The position numbers were made by a program, and so were the translations under genes. The notes under the pieces were generated by a model that saw nothing but the letters and a program-made list of their open reading frames with translations, searched no databases and was not told the DNA's origin. DNA of 64,000 nt, taken from Diadema antillarum. Taxonomy: Eukaryota. Where the stretch lies: NCBI RefSeq assembly GCF_040938485.1, contig NW_027270997.1:186001-250000 (forward strand), read 5' to 3'. This document shows, in pieces, positions 62,043-64,000 of this stretch (position 1 is its first letter; the number at the start of each line of letters is the position of its first letter).

Positions 62043-63834
62043 TGTGTGTATGTGCGTGTGTATGTGTGTGTTTAATCACATTTAGGCCTATACGACCGTA
62101 GGTAGGGTTGATGTCTTTCTCATGATTAATTCAAACTTCGAGACCAACCAGCGATTTCTTTTTTCTACGTCTTGATTTCTCAGCATAACATAATTTTTTC
62201 TTAATCCTTTCTTGATGTTTGAAAAAAAAACCCAGATTGGTTTCACTTTCTATAAGCAAGGAAACATAATAATGTGTGTATTTGTAGGATCAGAATAATC
62301 ATGAAAACCGCTCGTCAGGCCCAATGACCATGACAAACATCGTCACTTGGTAAAATCATAAAAAAAACTTGTAGCCATAGTTACTTATAACCCGAAAAGC
62401 GGAACTTTTACTTAGGAACGGCACCCATTAATAGTCAAACTACAGCAACCACGTTATATGGGGGCATCGCTTGAACGAGCATTTTAAATCATAACACTCT
62501 CCGACTAGATGGAATGTAATTTTTCCTCATTTTCAAAACCTAAAAACACCTTGCACATAAGTAATATAAAGGGTTCAAGCTATGGAAAGCCTGGCGATGA
62601 ATAACGGTGACGATCATGTTTCCATCCTCATGGCAATAAAACAGTCTGTTTTGGGCTAAATCGTGTCAAATGATAATGAAAAACCCGCTTCATAAGACAT
62701 AGAGGATCTCATACCAGTAAATGAAAGTATTTGCAATGTGAAATCACTGCGTGCTAGTGTCCACACAGATGAGGTGAAAAATCCTGCGCAGCCACGTAGA
62801 TTAAAAAAAAAAAAAATATTATTCATCCTCTTTTCGCTTTTAACAAGTGTGAACACATCTGAAAGTATAAAAGTAAATGACCATCTTTCCTTCATTGTAT
62901 AGGGGACAGCTCAAAGTCAAGCTGTGCTAGTAGCGGTCTCATGTATATAATTGTATTTATATTTTTCCCATTCTTCTTAATGATGCTATTTATGGCACTT
63001 TGCTTTACGTTACAACGACAGTGATTTTGATGTTGTCAATATTATTCCCATATTGTTTTGTATCTGTTGTTGTACTTACATGCTTTGTATTTCATTAGCT
63101 ATTGCACATTGACGAGGGCAGTACACTAACTATTGATGAATATTAACAAATTTGATCTCGAATCCATAGAAATGTGGAACAGCTCCTGAGTGAAAAGCAA
63201 GAACTGATTAAATCCGTCCAGCGATTGGAGGACCGACTGGTGGGCCAGAAAGAGGTGAACTCAAGACTTCTCTCGGAAATCGAGAAGATTGAAATGGAAA
63301 GGGAAGAAGAACGCAAGAGGATGAACGAAGAGAAAGAAAAGGAGTTCAATCAGAAATCGAGTGAGTATGCTGGACAAATAGAAGGGTTGTATATGTTTGT
63401 TTGTTTTACGCGTGAAGTTATTTTCGTGAAGAGTTTGCGATGTTTGACACTTTGAACATGTTGAAAGAAATGGGTTTGCTGCCCTCAACGCATGATAAGA
63501 GCATCATGATTAGAGACCTTTGGCTACAACTTGTTACGTCGGTGGGTGTCAATTGCAATCAAGTGTTATCTTCACGATCAGTCCGAGCCTTGACACAATT
63601 TCAATAGAACGAGCTTTATAGTGGCTGGGTGAATATTTTACAAAATAGGGATCAATAAACTTGGATTGTGACGTTTGAGGTTAATAACATCATTCTCTCG
63701 AATCGTTCTTGCTTCTATAAGGTGAGCTGAGGAGCAAACTGAGTATCCAGACCGCGCTGTTGTCCAAGGAACACTCGACCACAGAGATCCTTAAGGCCGA
63801 ATTTACGTCCATCAGGCGAGAGCTGGAGGCACAG
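55321..63834 (+). CDS. Uncharacterised protein with a long acidic/Ser-rich disordered N-terminus and a C-terminal coiled-coil, 3'-incomplete (924 aa in window); join(55321..55451, 56478..56599, 57114..57249, 58202..59930, 60665..60811, 61287..61397, 61892..61983, 63170..63360, 63722..63834)
   Basis: Nine exons with GT-AG sites and fully consistent phases (2,1,2,0,0,0,2,1,0), totalling 2772 nt with no stop; heptad-like E/K/Q/L composition from about 59850 onward. Confidence 0.8.
56478..56599 (+). CDS. Coiled-coil gene exon 2
   Basis: HVGLMEATVSGSASPIDADRQPERVE...TSE. Confidence 0.65.
57114..57249 (+). CDS. Coiled-coil gene exon 3
   Basis: EGKADNAMEID...GKRRI; TAG-AAG tandem acceptor. Confidence 0.68.
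57633..57834. mobile_element. Fold-back non-autonomous element with asymmetric core TCGACTTCGTCTCG
   Basis: Imperfect inverted arms of about 90 bp (gggaacat..aacgttccac..gaaatgctatt..gggagg.tataagtccc and its mirror). Confidence 0.7.
58202..59930 (+). CDS. Coiled-coil gene exon 4 (1729 nt)
   Basis: Long open frame that includes ORF 58365; acceptor TTCCAG, donor CAG|GTGGGC. Confidence 0.88.
60665..60811 (+). CDS. Coiled-coil gene exon 5
   Basis: EERSTRDRDVSREM...KGLTAD; donor GAT|GTAAGT. Confidence 0.83.
61287..61397 (+). CDS. Coiled-coil gene exon 6
   Basis: NTSLLKQVNHTTNRMQELER...STLK; alternative in-frame acceptor at 61305. Confidence 0.78.
61892..61983 (+). CDS. Coiled-coil gene exon 7
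   Basis: AMERDQKHAQDRIQKLQQQLEGPQTEDSSG. Confidence 0.82.
62008..62070. repeat. (TG)n microsatellite
   Basis: Read directly; similar CA/TG tracts occur at about 26125-26160 and 31645-31683. Confidence 0.95.
63170..63360 (+). CDS. Coiled-coil gene exon 8
   Basis: NVEQLLSEKQELIKSVQRLEDRL...FNQKS; donor A|GTGAGT. Confidence 0.85.
63722..63834 (+). CDS. Coiled-coil gene exon 9
   Basis: ELRSKLSIQTALLSKEH...RRELEAQ; donor CAG|GTTTG; the gene continues beyond the window. Confidence 0.82.
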
Positions 63835-64000
63835 GTTTGTTGGGAAAAACTTTATGATAATGGAGATAACTATAGTGCTAATAATGGTGATAGTGATGAT
63901 TCGATAACGATGACAACAATAATACAGTAATGAGAACATTATTATCTTCACGTATATTCTCAAATCATTCCCAATAGGCCTACTATTATTAGGCTGTACA

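Overview
Eukaryotic, AT-rich, repeat-dense genomic DNA. It is probably a marine invertebrate deuterostome such as a sea urchin; this is inferred from the repeat families and intron style, not verified. Five spliced protein-coding genes could be rebuilt by hand with phase-consistent splice sites: (1) a clan-2 cytochrome P450, CYP2U1-like (minus strand, 5 exons, 2388-7613); (2) C11orf54/PTD012 (minus, 8 exons, 19102-30653, one intron apparently GC-AG); (3) an FBXO39-like F-box protein (plus, 3 exons, 33881-37899); (4) ribosomal protein RPL6/eL6 (plus, 5 coding exons, 44582-49691); (5) an unrecognised protein with a long disordered N-terminus and a coiled-coil (plus, at least 9 exons from 55321, running off the window end). 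Introns and intergenic DNA contain many non-autonomous DNA elements (TA-, TTAA- and hAT-like MITEs, two Helentron-type HINE/DINE-like elements), a 5'-truncated CR1/L2-group LINE, microsatellites and one 162-N assembly gap. No CRISPR, rRNA or tRNA was found. The most unusual observations are: a 47-bp-arm hairpin next to an 11x47-bp palindrome-bearing array in the likely C11orf54 3'UTR; a possible alternative RPL6 C-terminal mini-exon; a duplicated structured 182-bp segment in an RPL6 intron; three MITEs joined end-to-end with no target-site TA; and a coding exon bracketed at 40/41 bp by two copies of one MITE. All alignments and counts were made by eye and no database searches were run.
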